NCBI GenBank assembly: GCA_011052255.1
Contig: DRJJ01000157.1
Location: 1-32,242, forward strand
DNA: 32,242 nucleotides
Origin: Gammaproteobacteria bacterium
GTDB taxonomy: Bacteria > Pseudomonadota > Gammaproteobacteria > DRJJ01
Reading direction: 5' to 3'
Below the pieces are notes generated by a model. The model was not told where the DNA came from, did not search any database, and worked only from the letters and a program-made list of their open reading frames with translations. A program made the translations under genes and the position numbers. Of the stretch, positions 1-8,856 are shown in pieces (position 1 is the stretch's first letter; each line of letters opens with the position of its first letter).

Positions 1-1168
1 GTTGATCATGCCGGTGTCGCGGCTTTGTACCAGCAGGCCACCGATGACGCGTTTGTAGTCCAGTGCGGCGGGGCTGTCGCCTGTCCACAGTCCAGAGTCG
101 AGTACGCGGACGTTTTGTTTGCTGCTGAGTACCTCGGCGGCTTCGACTGATATTTCCGGTGCGATAATTACTTCGACAAACTGCCGCTCGATAATCGCGC
201 TGGCGGTATCGGCGTCGAGCATGCCATTGAATGCGATAATACCGCCGAATGCGGAGGTTGGGTCGGTCTGGTAGGCGAGCTGGTAGGCTTCCAGCAGGCT
301 GGATGATACCGCAACGCCACAGGGGTTGGCGTGTTTGACGATCACGCAGGCCGGTTGTTCGAATTGTTTAACACATTCCAGTGCGGCATCGGTGTCGGCG
401 ATGTTGTTATACGACAGTTCTTTGCCCTGAATCTGTTTACTGCTGGCAACACAGGCGGTGGTGTTGTTAGGTTCGACATAAAATGCGGCCTGTTGATGCG
501 GGTTCTCGCCGTAGCGCATGCCCTGTTTGTGCATAAACTGCAGGTTCAGGCTGTGCGGGAAGTTGGTGGCTGCGCCTTCAGGGTTGAGTGTGCCCAGGTA
601 GTTGGCGATGGTGCCGTCGTAGTGCGCGGTGTGTTCGAATACGGAACGGGCCAGGCGGAAGCGGGTCGCTGCGCTTACCTCGCCATCATGGCTACGCATT
701 TCTTCCAGTACCAGCGGGTAATCGTCTGCATTAACGATGACGGTGACGGCATCGTGGTTCTTGGCTGCGGCGCGCAGCATGGTTGGGCCACCGATGTCGA
801 TGTTTTCGATGGCGTCCTGCAGGCTGCAATCATCCTGCGATACGGTGTTCTCAAACGGGTACAGGTTAACCACAACCAGATCGATGGGCGGGATGTCGTG
901 TTCCTGCATGGCGTCATCATCGGTGCCGCGTCGGCCTAGCAGGCCTCCGTGTATGCGTGGGTGCAGGGTTTTCAGGCGACCGTCCATCATTTCCGGGAAG
1001 CCGGTGTAATCGGATACTTCGGTTACGCTGATGTCCTGCTCAGCGAGCAGGCGTGCGGTGCCTCCGGTAGACAGGATCTCGATGTTCCTGGCCTGCAGGG
1101 CGCGGGCGAATTCTACAATACCGGTTTTGTCTGATACGCTGATCAGAGCGCGTTGTATGGCTGCCATG
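1..1168 (-). CDS. purH: Bifunctional AICAR transformylase / IMP cyclohydrolase PurH. N-terminal ~389 codons; the C-terminus lies off-window.
   Basis: The minus-strand frame is open from the window edge to an ATG (complement of 1166-1168). My translation starts [80 protein letters not shown], a typical PurH N-terminus. It is absent from the ORF track because no stop falls inside the window. It sits next to fis-dusB as in other gammaproteobacteria. Confidence 0.9.
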
Positions 1169-1187
1169 TATGGGTTTCCGTATGAGG

Positions 1188-1487
1188 CTAGTCGAGTTGG
1201 TGGCGCTTGAGTTTTTTTCTGAGGGTGCTGCGTGTGATACCCAGTATCTGTGCTGCGTGGGTCTGGTTGCCGCCCATCTGCTGCATGACCATATCCAGTA
1301 ATGGCTTTTCAACTTCGTCGATCACCATGCGGTACAGGTCATTGCCTGCATGTCCGTCAAGGTCCTCGAAGTATTTTCCCAATGCCAGGCGTACGGTATC
1401 AGCCAGTCTGCTGTCGGTTTTGATGTCGTTTTCGTTATATTTATCCTGCTTGGTGTAGGCAGGTGACTCCATACTGCTGTAGTTCAT
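1188..1487 (-). CDS. fis: Nucleoid-associated DNA-binding protein Fis
   Basis: The 99-aa ORF has a C-terminal half ([50 protein letters not shown]) that matches the Fis HTH region closely. Its start overlaps the dusB stop as ATGA (1484-1487), the classic dusB-fis operon arrangement. Confidence 0.95.
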   Translation of the reverse strand: MNYSSMESPAYTKQDKYNENDIKTDSRLADTVRLALGKYFEDLDGHAGNDLYRMVIDEVEKPLLDMVMQQMGGNQTHAAQILGITRSTLRKKLKRHQLD

Positions 1488-2473
1488 GCGGCTTTTTCCC
1501 CTTTATTATTTGCCAGGCGGTCAAAGAATTCCCGCGTTATGGCTAGTTGTTGTTGTTGTGTTTCAGCCTTGTTTACGGTGTGACGAAAGGCAGCACCCCC
1601 ATGCTGGCCCTTGCTATACCATGAGATATGCTTGCGTGCCATGCGTACACCGGTAAATTCGCCATAGAACTCATACAGATTGGCCAGATGGCCGAGCATG
1701 ATGTCGCGGATTTCGGTTATGTCTGGTTCGGGTAGTTTCTCGCCGGTTTTCAGAAAATGCTCTATTTCGCGGAAGATCCAGGGTCGGCCCTGTGCGGCGC
1801 GGCCGATCATCACTGCATCGGCGCCGGTGTAATCGAGTACAAAACGGGCCTTTTCCGGAGTTTTGATATCGCCGTTGGCGATGACCGGTATGCTGATCGC
1901 ATTTTTGACTTCGGCTATGGTGTCGTATTCGGCATCACCCTTGTAGCCGCAGGCGCGTGTACGCCCGTGTATGGCCAGTGCCTGTATGCCGGACTGTTCG
2001 GCGATGCGGGCTATATTAATGGCATTGCGGTTGCTCAGGTCCCAGCCGGTGCGGATTTTCAGGGTAACCGGAATGTCGACGGACTGGACCACTGCTTCCA
2101 GTATCTCGGTAACCAGCTTTTCTTTTTGTAGCAGGGCAGACCCTGCCATTACGTTGCAGACTTTTTTGGCCGGGCAGCCCATGTTGATGTCGATAATCTG
2201 TGCGCCCTGTTCGGCGTTATAGTGTGCGGCATCGGCCATCATTTGGGGCTCGGCACCGGCTATCTGAATAGAGCGGGGTTCGACTTCACCATCGTGGTTG
2301 GCGCGGCGTCTGGTTTTTTCGCTGCCCCACAATAATGAATTGGAAGACACCATTTCAGAAACGGCAAAACCGGCACCCAGTGATTTACACAATTGTCTGA
2401 ACGGCCGATCGGTGACGCCAGCCATAGGCGCGAGCACCAGATTATTGTTCAGTTTGTAGGGTCCGATTTGCAT
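1484..2473 (-). CDS. dusB: tRNA-dihydrouridine synthase B
   Basis: The 329-aa ORF starts MQIGPYKLNNNLVLAPMAGVTDRPFRQLC and contains IDINMGCPAKKV, both Dus-family FMN/TIM-barrel motifs. It lies immediately upstream of fis. Confidence 0.95.
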   Translation of the reverse strand: MQIGPYKLNNNLVLAPMAGVTDRPFRQLCKSLGAGFAVSEMVSSNSLLWGSEKTRRRANHDGEVEPRSIQIAGAEPQMMADAAHYNAEQGAQIIDINMGCPAKKVCNVMAGSALLQKEKLVTEILEAVVQSVDIPVTLKIRTGWDLSNRNAINIARIAEQSGIQALAIHGRTRACGYKGDAEYDTIAEVKNAISIPVIANGDIKTPEKARFVLDYTGADAVMIGRAAQGRPWIFREIEHFLKTGEKLPEPDITEIRDIMLGHLANLYEFYGEFTGVRMARKHISWYSKGQHGGAAFRHTVNKAETQQQQLAITREFFDRLANNKGEKAA

Positions 2474-2668
2474 GGTGATGGTCGTTATTTTTTTGGTTTC
2501 GAAACGGACTACGAATCATACCTTTATTCAGCAGACGGATAAAGCGGCTTTTTGTGAAATTAAGGTGAGGTTTTAGTTGAAAAATGAAAAGAACTTTGTT
2601 TACCGCAGGTTAAAATCAACACCTGATGTGGCTTGCTGGATAGATTGTCTGGTTGTGTTGTCGTTGTG

Positions 2669-3661
2669 CTACAAAAAATCAAACTCATAGGTTGATACAG
2701 GCTGTTCCGGCTTAAAAAACCGTAAATCCAGTGTCACTTGTCGGCCGGGTAGCATGCCTTGCTGGATGGACTGGTCAGCCAGATATTCCTCGGGTTTTAT
2801 TCTGCGCATCGCGATTACCTGATTGTTGGTATCAGACAGGGTAACCTGGACAATGGGGTAGGCCTGTTTGAAACGGGCCTGATTAACAAACATGGCGCGT
2901 ACGCGCAGTACGTTGTCCTGATCCGAATCCTGCGCTATTTCACGTTGTAGTAGTTCAATGCTTTGCAGCTCCCGGCGCAGCGGGATGTGGCAGTCGATTA
3001 GTTTGCAGTAGCTTTCGATCCAGGGACGGTAGTTGCTCGATTGTGCCAGTTCGTTGCGTATCACGTAGATGTACTGTAGCCCTAGCGCCAGAATAAGCAG
3101 AACCGCGCCGCTGTTCCAGGCCAGGCGGCGCACGCGGTGGGTCGCAATGACGGCATTGTGCAGACCGGCTTCCATTAATTCACTTTCCAGTTGTTCAGAC
3201 AGCTTGCCTGCAGAGGGGCTGGAATCCTGGCTGGCAGATTCCATGTAATTAGGTATGGGTTCGGATTCCAGTTCCTGTTGTCCCGCTTCGAGGTTTTGTT
3301 CTGAGCCCTGCTCAGGATTAAGGTCAGAGCCCTGTGTGGCGGCCTCAAAGCGGGATAGGTCAATGTCACCATACAGCTCATCCTGTTCCTCCAGTGAGGC
3401 GCTGAACATCACGGACATTTCGTCGTCATGCTCGTCATCCTCGTCTTCTTCAATGATGATGGGTACGAGATCGCTACCAGGTGAGTTGTCAGTTTCTACC
3501 GGGGGAGAGGCCTGACTTTTTTTGTCAGGGTCCGGGATCAGACATTCGTAGGCATCAAATTCGAATTGGCAGACACTGCAGGAGACCTGTCCATCGGCGA
3601 TATCGAGGTGTTCTCGGTTAAGCCGGAAGATGGTTTCGCATTTTGGGCATTGGCATAACAT
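2669..3661 (-). CDS. Zinc-ribbon (MJ0042-type CXXC) / DUF3426-like membrane-anchored protein
   Basis: The N-terminus has two CxxC pairs (MLCQCPKCETIFRL...VSCSVCQFEF). An acidic low-complexity linker follows, then one hydrophobic helix (AVLLILALGLQYIYVI) and a C-terminal beta-rich domain. It occupies the same position as the conserved hypothetical gene between prmA and dusB in Pseudomonas-type synteny. Confidence 0.75.
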   Translation of the reverse strand: MLCQCPKCETIFRLNREHLDIADGQVSCSVCQFEFDAYECLIPDPDKKSQASPPVETDNSPGSDLVPIIIEEDEDDEHDDEMSVMFSASLEEQDELYGDIDLSRFEAATQGSDLNPEQGSEQNLEAGQQELESEPIPNYMESASQDSSPSAGKLSEQLESELMEAGLHNAVIATHRVRRLAWNSGAVLLILALGLQYIYVIRNELAQSSNYRPWIESYCKLIDCHIPLRRELQSIELLQREIAQDSDQDNVLRVRAMFVNQARFKQAYPIVQVTLSDTNNQVIAMRRIKPEEYLADQSIQQGMLPGRQVTLDLRFFKPEQPVSTYEFDFL

Positions 3662-3675
3662 TTATATTGACTAGA

Positions 3676-4569
3676 CTAATTCACTTTGCGCCGGCCTTCC
3701 AGACAAATCCATCCCTGTTCTTCGGTCATGGTTAGCCAGTCGACGGTATTGGCATAGGCCTGTTTAACAGACTCGGCCTGTTCAAGCAGTACCCCGGACA
3801 GTACCAGGCTGGCGCCTGGTTTGAGCAAACGGGCCAGTACCGGTGCCAGCTCCTGCAGAGGCCCGGCCAGTATGTTGGCGATCAGCAAGTCGACTTTGTG
3901 CTTGCTTTCTTTGCCCACTTCGGTGGGCGAGCAGACCAGCAGTCGGTCGGTGACCTGATTACGCTGAGCGTTGTCATGGCTGGCCTGCAGAGCCTGCGGA
4001 TCGTTGTCCACGGCGGTAACCTGATCGGCCTTTAGCAGCAAGGCGGCGATGGCCAGTACGCCAGAGCCACAACCGTAATCGATGACCTGTTTATTGGCAG
4101 GTGGATGCGCATCCAGCCAGCGCAGGCACAGGGCCGTGGTGGGGTGGGTGCCGGTACCGAAGGCCAGCCCCGGGTCGAGCATGATATTGACCGCATCGGG
4201 TTCGGGTGGCTGGTATACGCTGGGGCATATCCATAACCGCGTACCAAAGCGCATGGGTTTAAAGTCGTCCATCCATGCGCGCACCCAGTCACGATCCGCA
4301 ATGGTTTCAGTCTTCAGTTGGGGTTCTGCCGCATCGCTACCCAGCATGTTAAAAATGTCGCTGCTGATTTGTTCAGCATTGGCGTTGTCATCAAACAGGC
4401 CGGTTACCACGACTTGTTGCCAGATGGGGGTTTCACCCGGGCCGGGTTCCAGCAAAGGCTGATCGGCTGCATCGGAGAGGGTGACTGACAGGGCACCACA
4501 GGTTTCGAGTGTCAGTTCATAGAGACTGGCTGTGTCAGGATTGGGTGCATACAGGGAGATCTGGAACAT
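3676..4569 (-). CDS. prmA: Ribosomal protein L11 methyltransferase PrmA
   Basis: Motifs DWVRAWMDDFKPMRFGTRLWICPS, MLDPGLAFGTGTHPTT and VIDYGCGSGVLAIAA (SAM-binding site) are present. I place the start at the internal Met (MFQISLYAPN, ATG complement at 4567-4569), which aligns with the E. coli PrmA N-terminus (MPWIQLKL). The ORF-track start at 4626 would add 19 unconserved residues. Confidence 0.9.
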   Translation of the reverse strand: MFQISLYAPNPDTASLYELTLETCGALSVTLSDAADQPLLEPGPGETPIWQQVVVTGLFDDNANAEQISSDIFNMLGSDAAEPQLKTETIADRDWVRAWMDDFKPMRFGTRLWICPSVYQPPEPDAVNIMLDPGLAFGTGTHPTTALCLRWLDAHPPANKQVIDYGCGSGVLAIAALLLKADQVTAVDNDPQALQASHDNAQRNQVTDRLLVCSPTEVGKESKHKVDLLIANILAGPLQELAPVLARLLKPGASLVLSGVLLEQAESVKQAYANTVDWLTMTEEQGWICLEGRRKVN

Positions 4570-4673
4570 TAGTTTAAGGAGTCTCTGATTAATCATCAAG
4601 TAGTGGTGATTCCAGGGTAAGCTCAAGTCCTCTACTCGGCACCGTTTTCCAAGACCCTGTCATACTCTGCCAT

Positions 4674-4750
4674 ATACCATTTATACCATTTATACCATTT
4701 ATACCATTTATACCATTTATACCATTTATACCATTTATACCATTTATACC
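4674..4750. repeat. Perfect tandem repeat: 9-bp unit ATACCATTT, 8 full copies plus ATACC
   Basis: I counted it base by base. Copies start at 4674, 4683, 4692, 4701, 4710, 4719, 4728 and 4737, with a partial copy at 4746-4750 and no mismatches. It lies in the divergent prmA / chemoreceptor intergenic region. Read on the minus strand it gives eight TATAAAT (-10-like) strings facing prmA. Confidence 0.97.
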
Positions 4751-5362
4751 TTAGTAATTACAATATGTTAGCTTATTTTAAGTCGGCTGAAAGTGTCAGC
4801 AGGTGTCTGAAATAGGTCTGAAAACCGCACTTAGACTGCGCTCAAACTCCAACGATGTCCCTGTCCGTTCCGCTGCATTCCACTCACGTTCCATATCGGA
4901 TACAAACTAACACATATACTGAACATGCCAGTATCCTGGATTTACGCCAGCGGGCTTACCCGTTTCCTATGTATAGCTTCTAATAGCGTTAGTTATTCTG
5001 TATATAACGCTTAGCCCTTAACCCTGGCAATCCCTTATAGACAAACCACCTCATATTCATCTCACCAGGCCATGGTGTCCAGGCCAATACCCCGAAATAA
5101 GGTCAACCATGCCGCACCCATGGACCGTGTATTTGATTCTCAGCTGAATGGCTCTTTGAAGCGTCTCGCTGCGAACGGTGATGAGAAATGCGGGCCAGGA
5201 AAAAACACTAAAGAAAATGATGTAAGTGACGATATTGAAGAAAGTAGCGAAAATGACGAAACTGATGATTAAATAATTATTCTGTAAATCAATGGAATAA
5301 AAGATTAGCACGGTAGAAAACAGAGGATTAAAGCGACCTTTAATATTGTCAACGAGGAATAA

Positions 5363-7384
5363 ATGATGAAACTGACAGTCCAGAATAAATTATTCACAGG
5401 CTTTGCTGTAGTGCTGGTGCTTGTCGCACTGGTGTCAATCAACAACTATATCAAGATGGTCGCAAACAGCAACATTGAGCATCGTCTGTTGAAAGTACGC
5501 ATGCCAACGGTGATGGCCGGTATGCAGCTGGTCGATGGTATCCACCTCTCTCTGGCCGGGTTGCGCGGCTACATGATTCTGGGTAAAGACCCGGCCAAGG
5601 CTGATAAACTCAAGGCTGAACGTCAGCGTGGCTGGGTTCTAATCGACACAGCCCTGGCGGAAATGGACGAGTTTGCCAATAATTGGACTGACCCAAAAAA
5701 TATCGAGATGTTGAACCAGATGAAGGGCCTGGTGGAGCAGTTCCGTACCGCCCAGCAGGAAGTGGAAGACATCTCCCATACACCTGCAAACATCCCTGCT
5801 CTGAATCTGCTGCTGACCGAGGCTGCACCACGGGCTGCGAAAATTCTCGGTGCGGTTAGTGTCATCATTGATGAAGAGTCCACGCTGGATGCCACCCCGG
5901 AACGCAAAAAGCTATTGAAGTTGCTGGCCGACAGTCGTGGTTCCTTTGCTGTGGGCCTGGCCAATATTCGCGCCTTCTTGCTATCAGGCGATACAAAGTT
6001 TGCGAATAACTTTCAGGCCAAATGGAAGGTAAACGAGGCACGCTACAAAGAACTTCTGGGCATGACTGGCCTGTTTAATTCTACCCAGGCCCAGGCATGG
6101 GATACCTATAAAAGCGTGCGTGCCGAGTTTGTACCGCTGCCTGACAAAATGTTTGAGCTGCGCAGCGGCAAAGACTGGAACCTGGCCAACTACTGGTTAG
6201 GCACCAAGGCGGCACCCAGGGCCGGTGCCATTATGCGCATCCTCAAGGACATGCGCGCCTCGCAGGATAACCTGGCTGCAACAGACGAAGCATTGCTGGC
6301 AAGCGAATTCACCTCGATGAAAACCGTGATGATTATCGGCACGCTAATCGCCCTGGGCATAGGTGTGTTGGTTTCTGTTTTCATCAGCCGTATGATCACC
6401 GTACCGTTGAAAGCAGTAGTGGCTCGCGCCAAGGCTGTTGCCGGTGGCGATCTCACCGGTGCTGCCCTGGAGTCAAAAGGACATGATGAGCTGGCCGAGT
6501 TAAGCGGCGCGATTAACGACATGAATAGCAGTCTGCGGGACGTTGTTGAACGGATTACGGGCTCGGCGCAACATATAGGCAGTTCTTCCGAGGAGCTCTC
6601 GGCCATCACCGAGCAGACCAGCCAGAGTATCTACGAGCAGCAATCGCAGACCGAGCAGGTGGCCACGGCGATGAACGAGATGAGTGCCACGGTGCAGGAG
6701 GTGAGCAAGAACATCACCGGCACAGCACAGGCTGCTGAAGAAGCCAACAAGGAAACGATCGAGGGTCGCAAGGTGGTAGACGAAGCCATACAGGCCATTG
6801 AGCAACTTGCCGGGCAGATTGAAAACGCGTCGTCTGTGATACACCAGCTGGAACAGGACAGCGAAAATATCAGTGCGGTCATGGACGTTATTCGCGGTGT
6901 CGCCGAGCAGACTAACTTGCTGGCACTGAACGCCGCCATTGAGGCAGCCCGCGCCGGTGAGCAGGGCCGTGGCTTCGCGGTAGTGGCTGACGAGGTGCGT
7001 ACCCTGGCTGGCCGCACCCAGCAGTCCACGGAAGAAATCAACCAGGTGATCGAAAAACTCCAGGCCGGTTCCCGCAAGGCCGTAGAGGTAATGAACAAGA
7101 GTCGTGAAGAAGCCCAGTCCGTGGTCGATCACGCCACCAATGCGGGCACATCACTATCAGTGATTTCCTCGGCGGTGGAGCGCATCAACGGCATGAGTGC
7201 CCAGATCGCCAGCGCGGCGGAGCAGCAGAGCGCCACAGCCGAGGAGATCAATCGCAACATAACGAACATCACCGAAATGGCTAATGAGACCACCGCCGGG
7301 GCACAGCAAACGTCCACCGCCAGTGGTGACCTGGCCCGTCTGGGCACCGAGCTACAGGGATTGGTTGGGCAGTTCAAGGTTTGA
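5363..7384 (+). CDS. Methyl-accepting chemotaxis protein with a large (~290 aa) helical periplasmic sensor, a HAMP domain and an MA signalling domain
   Basis: The ORF is 673 aa with an SD-like GAGGA upstream of ATGATG. It has an N-terminal TM helix ([16 protein letters not shown]), a second TM ([20 protein letters not shown]) and a HAMP region ([19 protein letters not shown]...[13 protein letters not shown]). The hairpin tip [35 protein letters not shown] is highly conserved. Confidence 0.95.
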   Translation: MMKLTVQNKLFTGFAVVLVLVALVSINNYIKMVANSNIEHRLLKVRMPTVMAGMQLVDGIHLSLAGLRGYMILGKDPAKADKLKAERQRGWVLIDTALAEMDEFANNWTDPKNIEMLNQMKGLVEQFRTAQQEVEDISHTPANIPALNLLLTEAAPRAAKILGAVSVIIDEESTLDATPERKKLLKLLADSRGSFAVGLANIRAFLLSGDTKFANNFQAKWKVNEARYKELLGMTGLFNSTQAQAWDTYKSVRAEFVPLPDKMFELRSGKDWNLANYWLGTKAAPRAGAIMRILKDMRASQDNLAATDEALLASEFTSMKTVMIIGTLIALGIGVLVSVFISRMITVPLKAVVARAKAVAGGDLTGAALESKGHDELAELSGAINDMNSSLRDVVERITGSAQHIGSSSEELSAITEQTSQSIYEQQSQTEQVATAMNEMSATVQEVSKNITGTAQAAEEANKETIEGRKVVDEAIQAIEQLAGQIENASSVIHQLEQDSENISAVMDVIRGVAEQTNLLALNAAIEAARAGEQGRGFAVVADEVRTLAGRTQQSTEEINQVIEKLQAGSRKAVEVMNKSREEAQSVVDHATNAGTSLSVISSAVERINGMSAQIASAAEQQSATAEEINRNITNITEMANETTAGAQQTSTASGDLARLGTELQGLVGQFKV

Positions 7385-7423
7385 GAATACCCACCTACTA
7401 GAGAAATACATGGGAGTCAGACT

Positions 7424-8108
7424 ATGTCAACGCTAATGCAATCGGTCGATGAACGCACACGCCTCGCGGGTACAAACCGACTGGAAGTTTTGTTGTTCAG
7501 CCTGCGGGGTCATACCATACCCGTGATCAACCTGCCTAAATACTGCGGTATCCCGGTTGAGGAAAGCCGAGCATCATGATCGTTACCGAATACAACAAGC
7601 ACGTGCAGGGCTTTCTGGTGCATTCGGTAGACAGCATCATGCGTCTGGCGTGGGAAGACGTCAAAGTGCCGCCGTCCATGGTGGGCAACCAACACGGCGG
7701 CCTGGTTACCGCTGTGACCGAGTTGGCAGACAAAATCCTGATTATGATCATGGATGTCGAGAAGGTGTTGTCCGAGGCGGCAGGCTTGTACGATGACGAT
7801 ACAGTCTACGACGGGATCTCCTCTGTGGGTGATCAGAGCATGACAGTCCTGTACGTCGATGATTCCAGTGTAGCTCGACTGACCGGCTGCAATGCATTTT
7901 GACGGATATCGAAATGCCGGAGATGGATGGTTATGCCCTGACCCGCAAGATAAAAGACGATGATCGTTTCAAGGATCTTCCCGTCATCATGCATTCGTCT
8001 CTGAGTGCCGAGGCGAATCAGGCTCTGGGTGCGGGTGCAGATGCCTAAGTGGCAAAATTCGAACCGCGAGAGCTGGCCGCGACCCTGATGAAGATGATGC
8101 CTGCCTAA
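7424..8108 (+). pseudogene. cheV: Decayed cheV (CheW-like domain + receiver), with two internal deletions, a frameshift and an in-frame TAA
   Basis: My translation covers three frames. Frame 2 from the ATG at 7424 gives MSTLMQSVDERTRLAGTNRLEVLLFSL|RGHTIPVINLPKYCGIPVEE and then stops at 7577-7579. Frame 1 gives (P)SIMIVTEYNKHVQGFLVHSVDSIMRLAWEDVKVPP...DVEKVLSEA...VLYVDDSSVAR and then stops at 7900-7902. Frame 3 from about 7896 gives ILTDIEMPEMDGYALTRKIKDDDRFKDLPVIMHSSLSAEANQALGAGADA, then TAA (8046-8048), then VAKFEPRELAATLMKMMPA and a stop at 8106-8108. All segments are collinear with CheV proteins, but the FGINVFKVREV region and receiver beta1-beta3 are missing. The total is ~685 nt against ~930 nt expected. 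Confidence 0.8.
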
Positions 8109-8220
8109 GAAGATAAATGCCTGGGGCGCTCTGATCAGTGTACGGTATTCAAAGCAGATAACCACACCGCGGCTGTAGCGATACAGTTCGTGATATGTAG
8201 AGATTAACCAAGAGGATTGC

Positions 8221-8808
8221 ATGACAGAAAAGCAGAAAGACTATTTTACCAGCCGTGAGGCTGCCGAGCGACTGGATGTGTCTGTGAGCACCATTCAGCT
8301 TTGGACAAATAATGGTCTTTTACGTGCATGGACTACAGCAGGAGGACATCGGCGTATTGTGCGCAGTTCAGTCGAGGAAATACTAGGCCAGCAGCAGGCT
8401 GTTTCAAGTGTACAAAAACCGGATGAGCAATTGTCGATTGTTGTTGTGGAAGATAATGCACAACAGCTACGGCTGTATGAAAAACAATTTCTTGCCTGGC
8501 ACATGAATACGCGGGTGGTCATGGCCAAAGATGGTTATCAAGGCCTGATCAAGATTGGCAGCACCTTACCCGACGTCATTATCACCGATTTAAAGATGCC
8601 CAATATGGATGGCTTTCAGATGATCAGGGCGCTGAAAGAGTTGCCAGAGTTAGAGCACAGCATAATTATTGTTGTGAGTGGTCTTAAGGAAGACGAAGTA
8701 AAGACCAGGGGTGGATTACCGGAGGGCGTGTACTTGTTTACCAAACCGATCCCTTTCAAAAACCTGGAAACCCTGATACGTGAGAAAACACGTACAAAGG
8801 TTGCGTAA
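8221..8808 (+). CDS. Response regulator with an N-terminal excisionase/MerR-type HTH (HTH_17-like) and a C-terminal receiver domain
   Basis: The ORF is 195 aa with SD AGAGGA 5 nt upstream. The N-terminus (FTSREAAERLDVSVSTIQLWTNNGLLRAWTTAGGHRRIVRSSVEEIL) fits the excisionase-family HTH pattern. The receiver signatures are VVVEDN, VIITDLKMPNMDG (phospho-Asp), VVSG and FTKP. Confidence 0.85.
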   Translation: MTEKQKDYFTSREAAERLDVSVSTIQLWTNNGLLRAWTTAGGHRRIVRSSVEEILGQQQAVSSVQKPDEQLSIVVVEDNAQQLRLYEKQFLAWHMNTRVVMAKDGYQGLIKIGSTLPDVIITDLKMPNMDGFQMIRALKELPELEHSIIIVVSGLKEDEVKTRGGLPEGVYLFTKPIPFKNLETLIREKTRTKVA

Positions 8809-8856
8809 CACATTACAAGATAACTGAAGAACAGACAGAATTAGAGAGAGGAACTC

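Noticed and set aside
331-939. 202-aa plus-strand ORF, with overlapping ORFs at 675-920 and 737-1009
   Set aside because: It lies entirely antisense to or overlapping the clearly recognisable purH reading frame. It has no recognisable motifs and a Gly/Val/Ala-rich composition typical of antisense frames in GC-rich genes.
6190-7377. Several 80-210-aa minus-strand ORFs inside the chemoreceptor gene
   Set aside because: They are antisense to the conserved MA signalling domain. The heptad-repeat coding sequence generates open antisense frames.
7833-8222. 129-aa minus-strand ORF, plus 7510-7751 minus-strand ORFs and the 7557-7796 plus-strand ORF
   Set aside because: All of them overlap the cheV remnant, whose three plus-strand frames carry clear CheW/REC homology. 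These ORFs are by-products of the decayed gene.
8486-8506. TGGCAC-N5-TACGC string resembling a sigma54 -24/-12 element
   Set aside because: It lies inside the HTH-REC coding sequence, and the -12 part does not match TTGC(A/T). I judge it a chance match.
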